From an uncultured Syntrophus sp. (GTDB lineage Bacteria > Desulfobacterota > Syntrophia > Syntrophales > UBA5619), in NCBI GenBank assembly GCA_964552725.1, contig CAZKHU010000005.1, positions 1 through 49,994 on the forward strand: DNA of 49,994 nt, written 5' to 3'. The notes under the pieces are model-generated. The model did no database searches. It was not told the DNA's origin and saw only the letters and a program-made list of their open reading frames with translations. This document shows positions 19,359 to 28,500 of the stretch, one piece after another. Position numbers and translations under genes: made by a program. Position 1 is the first letter of the stretch. Each line of letters starts with the position of its first letter.

Positions 19359-21453
19359 CCCAAGTTTGCCATTTTTTTTAAGATAAGATGATATATCAGC
19401 TATTTGCCGATTTCTATGGTCACTACTCATTTTACGGTTGCGTTTTTCGCGGCAGCGGAATCTCCTGGAGGTTCAGACGTTTGTAGATTTGCCGATGTTC
19501 CGGCTCGGCGTTGCTGCACAGACGTATGTGGCTATGCCGGACATGTTCCCGCTCTTTGACGTTGTACTCCACAGTCAGCCGCTGGCGGGTTGACAGGATG
19601 TCGCGGATAGTTTTCCACGAGCGGTGGTCATCACTCAGGCGCAGCCTGCATTCGATCGTGTGCAGTATGTGGTAAGCCAGCACCGATATGAACATGTGCG
19701 TATCGGCACGCCCTTCGTTTTGGTGGAAGTTGGGCCTGAGTCCCAGCGAGGATTTCAGCGAGCGAAAAGCGCTTTCGATCCGGGTGAGCATGACGTAGGT
19801 TTCCCATATCTGCTGATCGTTCAAATCGGTGCGGTCGGTTCTCAGGACATAGCAGCCCTCGAACTTGCGTTCGCTGTCGTAACAATCACGCTTTTTCCAA
19901 ACGATCGTTTTGGCCTTGGCCTTTTTCCCGGTGACTTCATCTGCCTGCACATAGACTTCATAGAGCTTCGATGCCCGTGGATACTTCTGACGCAGACGAC
20001 CAATCATTTCCAGTACCTTGGAATAAAGCTTGGTGTGGCCCTTCTTGTCAAGACCTTCCTGGTAATAGTTCAGCCGTTCCAGAAAAAGCTTTTCCTGGCG
20101 GCTCCGAATCCCCCGATCCTTTTCCACCCGTCCGGCGCTGCGGCACAAAAGCAGGGCTTCATTGCCCTCCTGATGGCGCTTGATCTCCAGTTCGCATTGC
20201 CCTGTCTGCCGGATAGTCTGCATTGCCGCTGTTTCATCGGCGGTAAAATCACCCTTGCCACGCTGCACAACGATGTAATGAAAGCCACTTTCTTTCAAAA
20301 ACATGACGTTCTCTGCAGTGGCAATCCCTGCGTCTATAATAACCGTCCGGTCTTTGGCCAGATTAGGTCGCAGCTCGACCAGTGATTCAATGATCTGCGA
20401 CAGGGTCTGGCACTCGGCCTGATTGCCGGGATAAAGGCGACTGTACTTGGGAAACCCATCCTCATCGACCACCAGGGCCAGGGTCAACAGTTTGCAGTCT
20501 GTGCGCTTTTCTTTGCTGTGCCCCCGTTGCGCCTTGGGGTTGACATCCTCCTGGCCTTCAAAATAGGTGTTGGTCAGATCAAACAGACAAAGGCGTTCCG
20601 GCAAGTCAAAAATATCTCGTTCCCGGACTGACAGGTGGCACTCCAAGGCGTCTTTACAATCAAAAAGCCGGTCGCCGGCTCTATATAGCGAATTGAGAGA
20701 AGGATGCAGCGCCGCCCCGGTCAGTTCATAAAGAGCCGAGCGCTCTTCCGCCCAACTGTACGTATGAACCTCGCTTCCCGGCGATATCAGGCGGCCAATC
20801 ACCAGAGCCTCCATCAGGGGAAGGACATGTTTGGAGATTCCTTTCGATAGCAGCAAGTCGTTGATTTTTAGTTCATTCCAGATGCAGTGACAAACATACT
20901 CCGCCCCCAGCGAACGTATCTGACTGGCCTGTATCGAGGCCACATCAACGTTCTGATAGAGAAACTCTGCAGTCGCGGGAGGGCAAGCGGTCATTGAACT
21001 ATCTTTTTCGGCGCCGCTCTTGTCACGGATTTTATCGGCGGTTTTGCGCGCCAGTTTTTCGATGTTCGGGTCTGTGCTGAACAGTTCCTGTTGACCGGTC
21101 AACATGCCGTCAATACAGTTGGCCAGCTCTTTATATTTTTCAGGGGCAACGTTCATGCTCCCCAGGTTCATAATAAGCCTTTGCCGGGGGCCGTTTTCCG
21201 TGCGTACGTTTTCGACAAGGTGCAGGTACTCGTAGCACTTTTTGGAATTGCGATTGGATTTGCGTACACGTTTGATATACATGCGGCGGTAACTATCAGA
21301 ACCGGGCGTATCTGTCAAGGGGGAAATTAACCTATGGGTCACTACATTTGAGAATTTAAAAACCGCCTATATAAATATCGAGTACTTAAAATGAAGAACA
21401 CCCCAAATCTTGCCTAAAATTGCCTAAATCAGAAAAATTTTGGCAAACTTGGG
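19359..21453 (-). mobile_element. IS1634-family insertion sequence (about 2.1 kb)
   Basis: 13-bp perfect terminal inverted repeats: CCCAAGTTTGCCA at 19359-19371 and TGGCAAACTTGGG at 21441-21453. They flank a single transposase gene. I see no clear target-site duplication. Confidence 0.75.
19432..21282 (-). CDS. IS1634-family DDE transposase
   Basis: Starts MYIKRVRKSNRNSKKCYEYLHLVENVRT, the canonical IS1634 N-terminus. C-terminal block is GCYVLRTD...YVMLTRIESAFRSLKS. The ORF-track start at 21342 adds 20 codons. Confidence 0.85.
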   Translation of the reverse strand: MYIKRVRKSNRNSKKCYEYLHLVENVRTENGPRQRLIMNLGSMNVAPEKYKELANCIDGMLTGQQELFSTDPNIEKLARKTADKIRDKSGAEKDSSMTACPPATAEFLYQNVDVASIQASQIRSLGAEYVCHCIWNELKINDLLLSKGISKHVLPLMEALVIGRLISPGSEVHTYSWAEERSALYELTGAALHPSLNSLYRAGDRLFDCKDALECHLSVRERDIFDLPERLCLFDLTNTYFEGQEDVNPKAQRGHSKEKRTDCKLLTLALVVDEDGFPKYSRLYPGNQAECQTLSQIIESLVELRPNLAKDRTVIIDAGIATAENVMFLKESGFHYIVVQRGKGDFTADETAAMQTIRQTGQCELEIKRHQEGNEALLLCRSAGRVEKDRGIRSRQEKLFLERLNYYQEGLDKKGHTKLYSKVLEMIGRLRQKYPRASKLYEVYVQADEVTGKKAKAKTIVWKKRDCYDSERKFEGCYVLRTDRTDLNDQQIWETYVMLTRIESAFRSLKSSLGLRPNFHQNEGRADTHMFISVLAYHILHTIECRLRLSDDHRSWKTIRDILSTRQRLTVEYNVKEREHVRHSHIRLCSNAEPEHRQIYKRLNLQEIPLPRKTQP

Positions 21454-21518
21454 TTATATGTCGGAGTAGAATAAATTACCTCACTTTTTTACAGTCTGCA
21501 TAATGACAGGCAAAGCAG

Positions 21519-22355
21519 TTACCGGTAATAATCGCCGTGCAGTGAATCCACGAGAAAAGGAAGGGAAAATACAGTCAGCAGCGATACGGCGATGCAGATA
21601 ATCAAAACGGCGATGCCTTTTTTCCCCTTCCAGCCGAAGAAGCGGCGCAGGTGCAGATATACCCCCAGCAAGAGCCAGGTTATGAGCGACCAGGTTTCAA
21701 TCGGATCCCATCCCCAGTATCTTTCCCAACTTTCGTGGGCCCAGAGTGCGCCTGTGGCAATGGTAATTGTCCAGCAGCAAAAAGCGAAGGCCGTGATTTT
21801 GTAGATATAGTCGTCCAGAAGCTCCGCGGCGGGAAGCGTGGCCATAAATCGCGCCTGACTCCTCCCGCCCTTCAGCAGGTAGGCAACGATCAGCGCCATG
21901 ACGATGCAAAATGCGCCCACGGCCAGCTTTGTAAAAAAGACGTGGGGGAGAACCCAGAGGCTGTTAAAGCTCGCCGGAAGCATCGTGACCGCCGTACCGG
22001 AACAAAGGGCGGCCAGCGTCGCGAAAAGGGCAAGCGGCGCCACGAAAAGGCCGGAGAAGCGAATCTCCGGATGGCGGCGCGAAAGGTACAGAAACTGGCC
22101 AAGCATCACCAGGGCGCTGGAGGAGAGGACTTCATATCTGGTCAGATACGGACCGTGGAAGACATACGACCATCTCACCAGCAGCGCAAGGGTCTGGGGA
22201 AGCAAGCCGGCCAGGATGAACGTCATCCCGCAGGCAAGAGACTTGTTTTTGCCAAAGATCGTTCCCCGAAAGAAACAAAGCGTCGCCGCCAGATACGCCG
22301 TCATGGCAAGCCAGTGGAGCATGATTTCGTATTTAGCAAGGAGGGCGTTTTCCAT
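21519..22355 (-). CDS. ccsA: System II cytochrome c biogenesis protein CcsA/ResC (haem handling)
   Basis: WWD-type motif WGWDPIETWSLITWLL. Polytopic, 278 aa, and follows the ResB gene. Confidence 0.9.
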   Translation of the reverse strand: MENALLAKYEIMLHWLAMTAYLAATLCFFRGTIFGKNKSLACGMTFILAGLLPQTLALLVRWSYVFHGPYLTRYEVLSSSALVMLGQFLYLSRRHPEIRFSGLFVAPLALFATLAALCSGTAVTMLPASFNSLWVLPHVFFTKLAVGAFCIVMALIVAYLLKGGRSQARFMATLPAAELLDDYIYKITAFAFCCWTITIATGALWAHESWERYWGWDPIETWSLITWLLLGVYLHLRRFFGWKGKKGIAVLIICIAVSLLTVFSLPFLVDSLHGDYYR

Positions 22356-22358
22356 GAA

Positions 22359-23771
22359 TTATCGTCCTGTTCCAGGGCTACCGCCGGGCAGGCCTTTTAC
22401 CATCCCCACGGCGTCTGCGAGCAGAATCTTGTTTCCAGCTTTGGTTTTAACCGCCACGGCAACGATAAAAATTCCGTTCTCCCCTTTCGTTGCGGAAACG
22501 AGAATCTCCTGCGGCGCAAAAAAGAAAATCATGAATACCCCCAACACATTGAGCAGAAGCCCCCCATAAATGAGGATGACAAACCTGTTTTCGGTCAGTC
22601 TCAGGCCGCTCCAGTTTCTTATCTCCTCAAATCTGAACCGCGACTCTCCGACCAGCGCCTCCTCGCCCGGCTTCAGGACGGCCCGGCCCGCCTCTTTTTC
22701 TCCTGTCATGAATCTTAACTGCAATGAGGGATCCAGCGGATAAGGCGAGCGTCCGCTCCGATCCGGGGTGAAGGCCATCTCCAGAATGTAGTCCGTCGTC
22801 GGGAAATCACTGCGTCCAGTCAGAGGCCTTCCCGCCGGCGCCATATCGAGGGAAAAATAGGTCGGCAGCCCCTCCGTGCCTTCGGTAGAAAGCGATATCT
22901 TCAAGGTATAACCGAAATGGGCGGATTGACTGACGGATACGCCCCCGATATCAATGGATTTCCCTCTGGTCAGCGACTTTTTGACGGACAATCCCCGCCG
23001 CTCGATTATGACGTCGCTTTTTAGTTCCTTCAACTCACCCGTGTCCCAGTATGAGTGAGAGAGTTTCTCTAATTGAATGCCGAAGCCCGGATCGAAGCGG
23101 CCGCTGAAAATGCCATTTTCGCAACTGAGAAAGTCCTCCTGTCGGCCGGAGAAGGAGTCGCCTTCGATGAGTTGCACGAATCCCCGTTTCTGAAAGGCAA
23201 CTGTCAGCAAGGCGGCGAGGATGAGCAGAAGCATGCCGCCATGGAAGATAACGCCTCCCCAGACATTGCGCCTGTTTTTGAAAAAAATGAGCCCTTCCGC
23301 GTTTTCTTGATGATGCGTCTCCTTTTGAAAACCCCGTTTCGCGAAACGCTTTCGCAGTGCTGCCGCATCAAACGCGTCGGTTGGGAAAACGACTTCCGGG
23401 GTCAGCGGAAAGAGGGGTGGCGCGGCGGCGCAGGCGCGCCATGCTTTTCTGAACTGTCCTTGGAGGGATAGGGTTATGGAAAACAACATTAAAAGGACGA
23501 GGAGTAGAAACCAGAATGAGGAAAATATCCGGTTCAACTGGAACCAGACCGCCAACTGGAAACTGACGGGATGCTCCATCCGCCAGGCCTCGAAAAAGGA
23601 GGACGGGGTGTTGGCGCTCTGGGGAATCAGGGCGCCGGCCAGGCAGGCAATAAGCAGCAGGCAAAGCAGCAGGATCACTGTTTTCGGGGCGGTGAGAATC
23701 TTTTTTATTTTCCCGGCAAAAGCGAGAAGCGCCGTATTTTCTCCTTTTCCCAAACAGCGCCGCACTGTCAA
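22359..23771 (-). CDS. resB: System II cytochrome c biogenesis protein ResB/CcsB
   Basis: N-terminal TM ending ...LAGALIPQ, a large periplasmic domain and C-terminal TMs. 4-nt overlap with the upstream cytochrome gene. Confidence 0.85.
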   Translation of the reverse strand: MTVRRCLGKGENTALLAFAGKIKKILTAPKTVILLLCLLLIACLAGALIPQSANTPSSFFEAWRMEHPVSFQLAVWFQLNRIFSSFWFLLLVLLMLFSITLSLQGQFRKAWRACAAAPPLFPLTPEVVFPTDAFDAAALRKRFAKRGFQKETHHQENAEGLIFFKNRRNVWGGVIFHGGMLLLILAALLTVAFQKRGFVQLIEGDSFSGRQEDFLSCENGIFSGRFDPGFGIQLEKLSHSYWDTGELKELKSDVIIERRGLSVKKSLTRGKSIDIGGVSVSQSAHFGYTLKISLSTEGTEGLPTYFSLDMAPAGRPLTGRSDFPTTDYILEMAFTPDRSGRSPYPLDPSLQLRFMTGEKEAGRAVLKPGEEALVGESRFRFEEIRNWSGLRLTENRFVILIYGGLLLNVLGVFMIFFFAPQEILVSATKGENGIFIVAVAVKTKAGNKILLADAVGMVKGLPGGSPGTGR

Positions 23772-25738
23772 TCAGCCCCAGTCACAGAAGTATTATGCCG
23801 CTGAGAACCAGGAATATAGCAATTTCCCTCGGTGTAGCCGGTCGGCGTGGTGGCTTTCTTGAATCCCCGAAGTTTGCTTTGACTGCCGTAAGGGGCCCCC
23901 CAGGGAGGTACAGGACTGTTATAGGCGATCAACCGCGACACGCGGGAGCCATGCGGCGTTTCGATATGGCATGCTACACAGGAGAGGCCCACTTGATATT
24001 TATTTCTATGTGGGTCTTGACTATGAACGTTGTTTTTCCAGCCGCCGCTATTTAAGGGATGACAGTTAAGACAGAACAGCCCGGTCAAAATGCCGCCGAG
24101 CGTATAATAAGACCCGCCCACGTCTTTCGGCCAGTATTTATTCAGACCTTTCAGCATGAAGGCGGAATTCGAGCCGTGCGGCCCCCGGGGGTCGCTGGAG
24201 TTCTCACTATCCGCCCCGTGACAATCGGAGCAGTACATGGTCTGCGCGCCGACACTGGCATTCCAGGGAGGCAGGAGCTGGGCTGCCGTCAGGGAACGAG
24301 TGCCATAGCTTCCCGTCTGGCTGCTCAGGTCCACCTCTACCGGGTGAGCGGACTTGTTGCCGGGGCTGAACTCCCACGCCTGGTCGGTGATGATGTAGGG
24401 GCTCGAAAGCCCCACCCAGGAGGCCAGCGGGGTAACGGTGTTCTGGATGGCGTACCCAGAGTGGCACTTGTAACAGATCTGATACTCCTTAGTGGCGGCA
24501 TTGAGGGTGATGTATGTTCTTGCCGCCCACAGGGGAGCTGTCGTCGGCTCCACGCCAGTCGCGCCGGTCAGGGGGCCGGAATTGGCAACCAGATTGGAGG
24601 CGCTGGTGACGGTCGCGGGATACCACAAGCCGGTCTCCACCCGTTTAGGCATATTTTTCGCCTGATGGGGGCTGTGGCAGTCATAGCATTCGGCGTGCCG
24701 GTTGGCCGCTCCGAGATCGTCAGGATACAGCACATCGAGGTTCCGGTGTTTTCCGATAGCGGCAACCGGATGAACTTTTGCCAGATGAAAAACCGTATAG
24801 ATGTTCTTCGCCGCCCCCAAAGTGCCGCCGTGACAGGAACTGGACGTGCCGTTATAGCAGGTATTTTCCTCAAGTTTTCTCGAAAGATACGGCGTCCCGG
24901 CGCCTGAATGCGATTTGTGGCAGGCGGCGCAGGCCGCCTCGGCGACTTTTGCCCCCGGAATGGGCGGCGGCTCGTCGCTGGGGAGGATCTCCCTCTCCGA
25001 CGTCTGGTGAATGCTGCCGCTCCAGCCTGTCTTGTCGTGACAGGCGGTGCAGAGAGCGCCGTTTGTATTGGAAACGACGAGAAATTTGCCGTTTGCATCA
25101 TTATGGGGATCATGGCAGGAGGTGCATTCCACATAGCCCTTGATTGTACCGGTAGCCGTCCCGTACAGCTTCACCCCTGTGTAGGGCTTGGGATTGATGG
25201 AGGGGGCAGTCGCCTTGAGTTCCATGCCGCGAACGCCTGAACCGAAAACAATAGTCATCCCGCTATCGTATTTTACCGAAACCGGGTGATCGTCCCGCAA
25301 ATCAGTCCCCAGATATCCCGCCGCCGTGCCGGGCATTTTTCCGAAGGCGTCAACGCCGCTCATGGCAAGGGGCGACGTCTGCGCAACGGCCCGCACGGTA
25401 TAGACAGAGCCGATCGCCACCGTGCCGTCATGGCAGGAAAGGCAGAGGCGGGAGCGCTGTCCCACGTCGGAAGGCGTGGCATAACCGGCGCGCGTCAGGT
25501 AGTCGCTGGTGTACATGGTGTATGCCGCAGTTGTCACCGTATGGTTCCAGAGGGGCACCCCCGGATTGGCGTTATGGGGAATGTGGCAGAAGATGCACCG
25601 CTCCGTTTCCGCCGTGGCCTTGATTGTTCCCGGTCCGCTTACGGAAAGATTGTGTTTAGAACTGGCAAGATTCGCCCCCGCCGGTGCGCTGCCGGCAAAG
25701 AGCGCTGCCGCAACTATTATTAATACCCTGTACTTCAT
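23768..25738 (-). CDS. Secreted multihaem c-type cytochrome (10 CXXCH plus one CX7CH candidate)
   Basis: Signal peptide. CXXCH sites at residues 48, 99, 205, 230, 270, 351, 422, 503, 556 and 587. The N-terminal ~230 aa are paralogous to the small tetrahaem proteins at 33958-36393. Confidence 0.9.
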   Translation of the reverse strand: MKYRVLIIVAAALFAGSAPAGANLASSKHNLSVSGPGTIKATAETERCIFCHIPHNANPGVPLWNHTVTTAAYTMYTSDYLTRAGYATPSDVGQRSRLCLSCHDGTVAIGSVYTVRAVAQTSPLAMSGVDAFGKMPGTAAGYLGTDLRDDHPVSVKYDSGMTIVFGSGVRGMELKATAPSINPKPYTGVKLYGTATGTIKGYVECTSCHDPHNDANGKFLVVSNTNGALCTACHDKTGWSGSIHQTSEREILPSDEPPPIPGAKVAEAACAACHKSHSGAGTPYLSRKLEENTCYNGTSSSCHGGTLGAAKNIYTVFHLAKVHPVAAIGKHRNLDVLYPDDLGAANRHAECYDCHSPHQAKNMPKRVETGLWYPATVTSASNLVANSGPLTGATGVEPTTAPLWAARTYITLNAATKEYQICYKCHSGYAIQNTVTPLASWVGLSSPYIITDQAWEFSPGNKSAHPVEVDLSSQTGSYGTRSLTAAQLLPPWNASVGAQTMYCSDCHGADSENSSDPRGPHGSNSAFMLKGLNKYWPKDVGGSYYTLGGILTGLFCLNCHPLNSGGWKNNVHSQDPHRNKYQVGLSCVACHIETPHGSRVSRLIAYNSPVPPWGAPYGSQSKLRGFKKATTPTGYTEGNCYIPGSQRHNTSVTGAD

Positions 25739-26727
25739 TAATACTCCCTGAGATATTGAAATATCTGTATCCTGCCGTTATAGGAATCGGAGACAAATAT
25801 CCGGTCTTTTTCGTCAATAAAAATGGCAGAGGGAACGTAAAACTCGCCGCTTCTTGTCCCCCTCTGACCGAAGACCAGCAGCAACCGCCCTTTTTCATCA
25901 AAAATCTGTACAGCATCAAAGAGGCCATCGACGATGTAAATGTGGCCATCCCCATCCAGCGCCACCGCTTTCGGATTGGCAAAATCCCCGGTGGAATCAC
26001 CATGCCTGCCGAATTTAAAGAGGAATTTTCCCGTCTCCGAAAAAACCTGCAACCTCGCATTCAGCGTGTCGCAGACATAAACCCGGCCATCTTTACCGAT
26101 GGCAATGCCCGTGGGATAATTAAATTCGCCGTCGTTTGTCCCCCTCTTCCCCAATGACAGCAGTTTTTCTCCCGTCGGGCTGAATTTGAAAATCTGGTGT
26201 GCGCGCGTGTCGGAAATCCATACAGAATTATCCAGCGGCGATACAGCGACGGCTGTCGGCCGCAGAAAGGGAAAGCCGGCGGCAAATTCCCCGGTCAAGC
26301 CTCCCTGCCCGTTAAAAACAAGCACCTTTTTCATAACCGAATCAGTCACCAGCAGACGGCCATCAAGCGTGAAAGCGGCCCCGACCGGCGAGGTCAGCCT
26401 TGCCTTCCGGGGAACAATTATTTTATAGTTATTGTCTATTAAATCAAACAGGTGAAACCCGGCAAGGATTACGTCGGTAACGCATATCCGGTCTTTCCGG
26501 ACAGCGATGGCAAAGGGACGTCTGATCCCCTCCGGCTCGTCGCCGGCAATGAATTCCCATATTTTCTTGAAGAAGGACTTTTTAATCTTCAGATCGGAGG
26601 GCCCTCTTACCTCCTGGACAAATCTGATCCTCGATATCTCCGGCGGCGGCGGCCAGGTAAGCTCATCAGCCCATGCCGCATAAGGCAAAAGGAACAGGAT
26701 GACGATAGTGGAAGCAATTCTTCTCAT
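25738..26727 (-). CDS. NHL-repeat six-bladed beta-propeller protein (paralog 1)
   Basis: Signal peptide MRRIASTIVILFLLPYAAWA and WPPPPEISRIRF. Repeated (Y/F)VxDxxNxRxQ(V/I)F blades, ending IQIFQYL. TAATG overlap with the downstream cytochrome. Confidence 0.8.
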   Translation of the reverse strand: MRRIASTIVILFLLPYAAWADELTWPPPPEISRIRFVQEVRGPSDLKIKKSFFKKIWEFIAGDEPEGIRRPFAIAVRKDRICVTDVILAGFHLFDLIDNNYKIIVPRKARLTSPVGAAFTLDGRLLVTDSVMKKVLVFNGQGGLTGEFAAGFPFLRPTAVAVSPLDNSVWISDTRAHQIFKFSPTGEKLLSLGKRGTNDGEFNYPTGIAIGKDGRVYVCDTLNARLQVFSETGKFLFKFGRHGDSTGDFANPKAVALDGDGHIYIVDGLFDAVQIFDEKGRLLLVFGQRGTRSGEFYVPSAIFIDEKDRIFVSDSYNGRIQIFQYLREY

Positions 26728-26799
26728 ATTAAAATGCACCTCAAAGCCCGCGCTATCCACATCTTTGAAAAACGAGCCAATTGCAAAACTCCCAATTCT

Positions 26800-26844
26800 G
26801 TCATTCCCGCCCCCGCCTACGCGGGGGTAAACTCTGGGCGGGAA
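26800..26844. repeat. REP-like nested hairpin element (GTCATTCCCGC type)
   Basis: TTCCCGC (26804-26810) pairs with GCGGGAA (26838-26844). An inner stem CCCCCGC/GCGGGGG spans 26810-26827. Confidence 0.45.
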
Positions 26845-26893
26845 AACGAAGTTTAATGTTCATAATCCAGTTTGTAACTGCCTAAGATCATGG

Positions 26894-26939
26894 ATGCCCG
26901 ACAAGAACATTATGGACATTAAGCTGCGCTTTCGGGCAT
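26894..26939. repeat. REP-like hairpin (ATGCCCGA ... TCGGGCAT)
   Basis: 8-bp inverted arms at 26894-26901 and 26932-26939, in the same intergenic region. Confidence 0.4.
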
Positions 26940-26962
26940 GACAAAACGATTTGCAATTACCT

Positions 26963-27613
26963 CTAACGACAGTTATCAAGTTTATACTCCGCCATTTTTG
27001 CCTTCACGGCATTGTGAAGCTCAAAGAGTTCGGTCGTTGCCATGTTTTTCTTCTCCTCCGGCATGTCGCCATCTCCCAGCAATGCAATCAACGCCTTAAT
27101 CCGCGTCAACTTTTCTTTCAGCAGGGAGACATCTGTGGAATACTTGTCTATCAGATACATATACTGCCGGTGCAGGCGGGAAAAGAGCTTTGCGTCCGCA
27201 ATAATAGCCGCCGCCTTTCTGAAATCCAGCGCAGCCAGCCGATCGGCGATGCGCTCATAAGACATGAACTCTTTGGCAATCCTTCTCATCATTATGTCCG
27301 CTGCAATAATGATGATTATGAAGAATATAACAGAAAACTCCACAAAAAAAAGAAGAAGCTTGAACGTTGCCATCTCTGTCATACTCTTAAAGTTGGAATG
27401 AATGTAGTACATGCTTTCTTCGAAGAAACCGCGAAGCATTATGAAATAAGCAACCCCGGAAACAATTATCAAAAGGGAAATTATGACAAGAAAAAACAGA
27501 ATGAATCTTTTCTGAAAATCCTTCTCCACATAGAAATTCTTTCTTCGCCCGTCTATTTTCTCGCCGGTCAGAAAGCTGCCCATTCTTTGAAAAATCGTCT
27601 CTGCAATCGACAT
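26963..27613 (-). CDS. Two-TM membrane protein with a HAMP-like/coiled-coil cytoplasmic tail and no output domain
   Basis: Two hydrophobic spans followed by DIMMRRIAKEFMSYERIADRLAALDF and heptad-like sequence. RBS AAGGAGGAAA. Confidence 0.5.
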   Translation of the reverse strand: MSIAETIFQRMGSFLTGEKIDGRRKNFYVEKDFQKRFILFFLVIISLLIIVSGVAYFIMLRGFFEESMYYIHSNFKSMTEMATFKLLLFFVEFSVIFFIIIIIAADIMMRRIAKEFMSYERIADRLAALDFRKAAAIIADAKLFSRLHRQYMYLIDKYSTDVSLLKEKLTRIKALIALLGDGDMPEEKKNMATTELFELHNAVKAKMAEYKLDNCR

Positions 27614-27708
27614 CGTCCGGTTTCCTCCTTGCCGGTTATTGCGAGGCCAAAGCCCGCGGCAATCCCGTTAGATCGCCGCGCCCCTTAAGGACTCGCGATA
27701 ACGCCGTT

Positions 27709-28500
27709 CTACTTTGTATGACATTCAAAGCACAAGGCGCTCCCCCTGTTGCTCCGGACAAGCATGGCCGGCAGAGTGGAGTAGAGATTATGACAGGAGC
27801 CGCAGCCGAGCTTCCCGTCAAACAATCTGATCCGCCTGTTGAGCAGTTCCTTCCTTCTATATCCGCCTTTTCTTGCTGCCTGTTGATAATCTCCGCCTAT
27901 GGGATGGCTGCCGGCATTCCCGGCGCCGTGTTGCCAGATGCCGCCGCCGATATTAACCACGCGCGCCCCGGCAAGTCCGCCATCATGGCAACCGAGGCAT
28001 TCCTGAGATTCACGGTCCAGAGGCTGACTGGGGTTTACCGTCTCGTACTGTGGCTGATGGAGCAAAGAAGAGACAACCTCATGCCCGTATTTATTTTTTT
28101 TGAAAAGCGTTTCCCGATGACAGCTCATGCAGAAGGCCTTCCCCGTTTTTTCTGCCACCAGCAAATATTTTCTGCTCCCGTGAATTTCATGGCAGGTCGC
28201 GCAGGTCATTTTTCCCGCCCAGTCCAGCCTGAATTCCGGCGGCAGCGGGAAGGACGGTTTCACCCCGTACGGATGAGACATGATGGTTCCAATCTGCGCA
28301 TGACATCCCCTGCAAAGCTTGTCCACATCGCTGACGAGCAGTATCTTTCCACCCTTCAAGGGCGTGTTGAGATGGCACTGGCCGCACTTGCCCTCGAAGA
28401 GGTGTTCTTTCTCCATGTTTCCTGCAAAAGCAAGCAATGCCGAAAACGCCCCGCTAAATAATAAAGCGATCAAGAACGGCCTGCATCTTTTCTGCGTCAT
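27709..28500 (-). CDS. Secreted heptahaem c-type cytochrome
   Basis: Signal peptide plus seven CXXCH sites (CGQCH, CRGCH, CATCH, CMSCH, CLGCH, CGSCH, CFECH). Confidence 0.85.
   Translation of the reverse strand: MTQKRCRPFLIALLFSGAFSALLAFAGNMEKEHLFEGKCGQCHLNTPLKGGKILLVSDVDKLCRGCHAQIGTIMSHPYGVKPSFPLPPEFRLDWAGKMTCATCHEIHGSRKYLLVAEKTGKAFCMSCHRETLFKKNKYGHEVVSSLLHQPQYETVNPSQPLDRESQECLGCHDGGLAGARVVNIGGGIWQHGAGNAGSHPIGGDYQQAARKGGYRRKELLNRRIRLFDGKLGCGSCHNLYSTLPAMLVRSNRGSALCFECHTK

Noticed and set aside
19351-21460. Target-site duplication flanking the IS1634 element
   Set aside because: The flanks (…CCCTTAG | IS | TTATATG…) share at most TTA with an offset. I cannot call a duplication with confidence.
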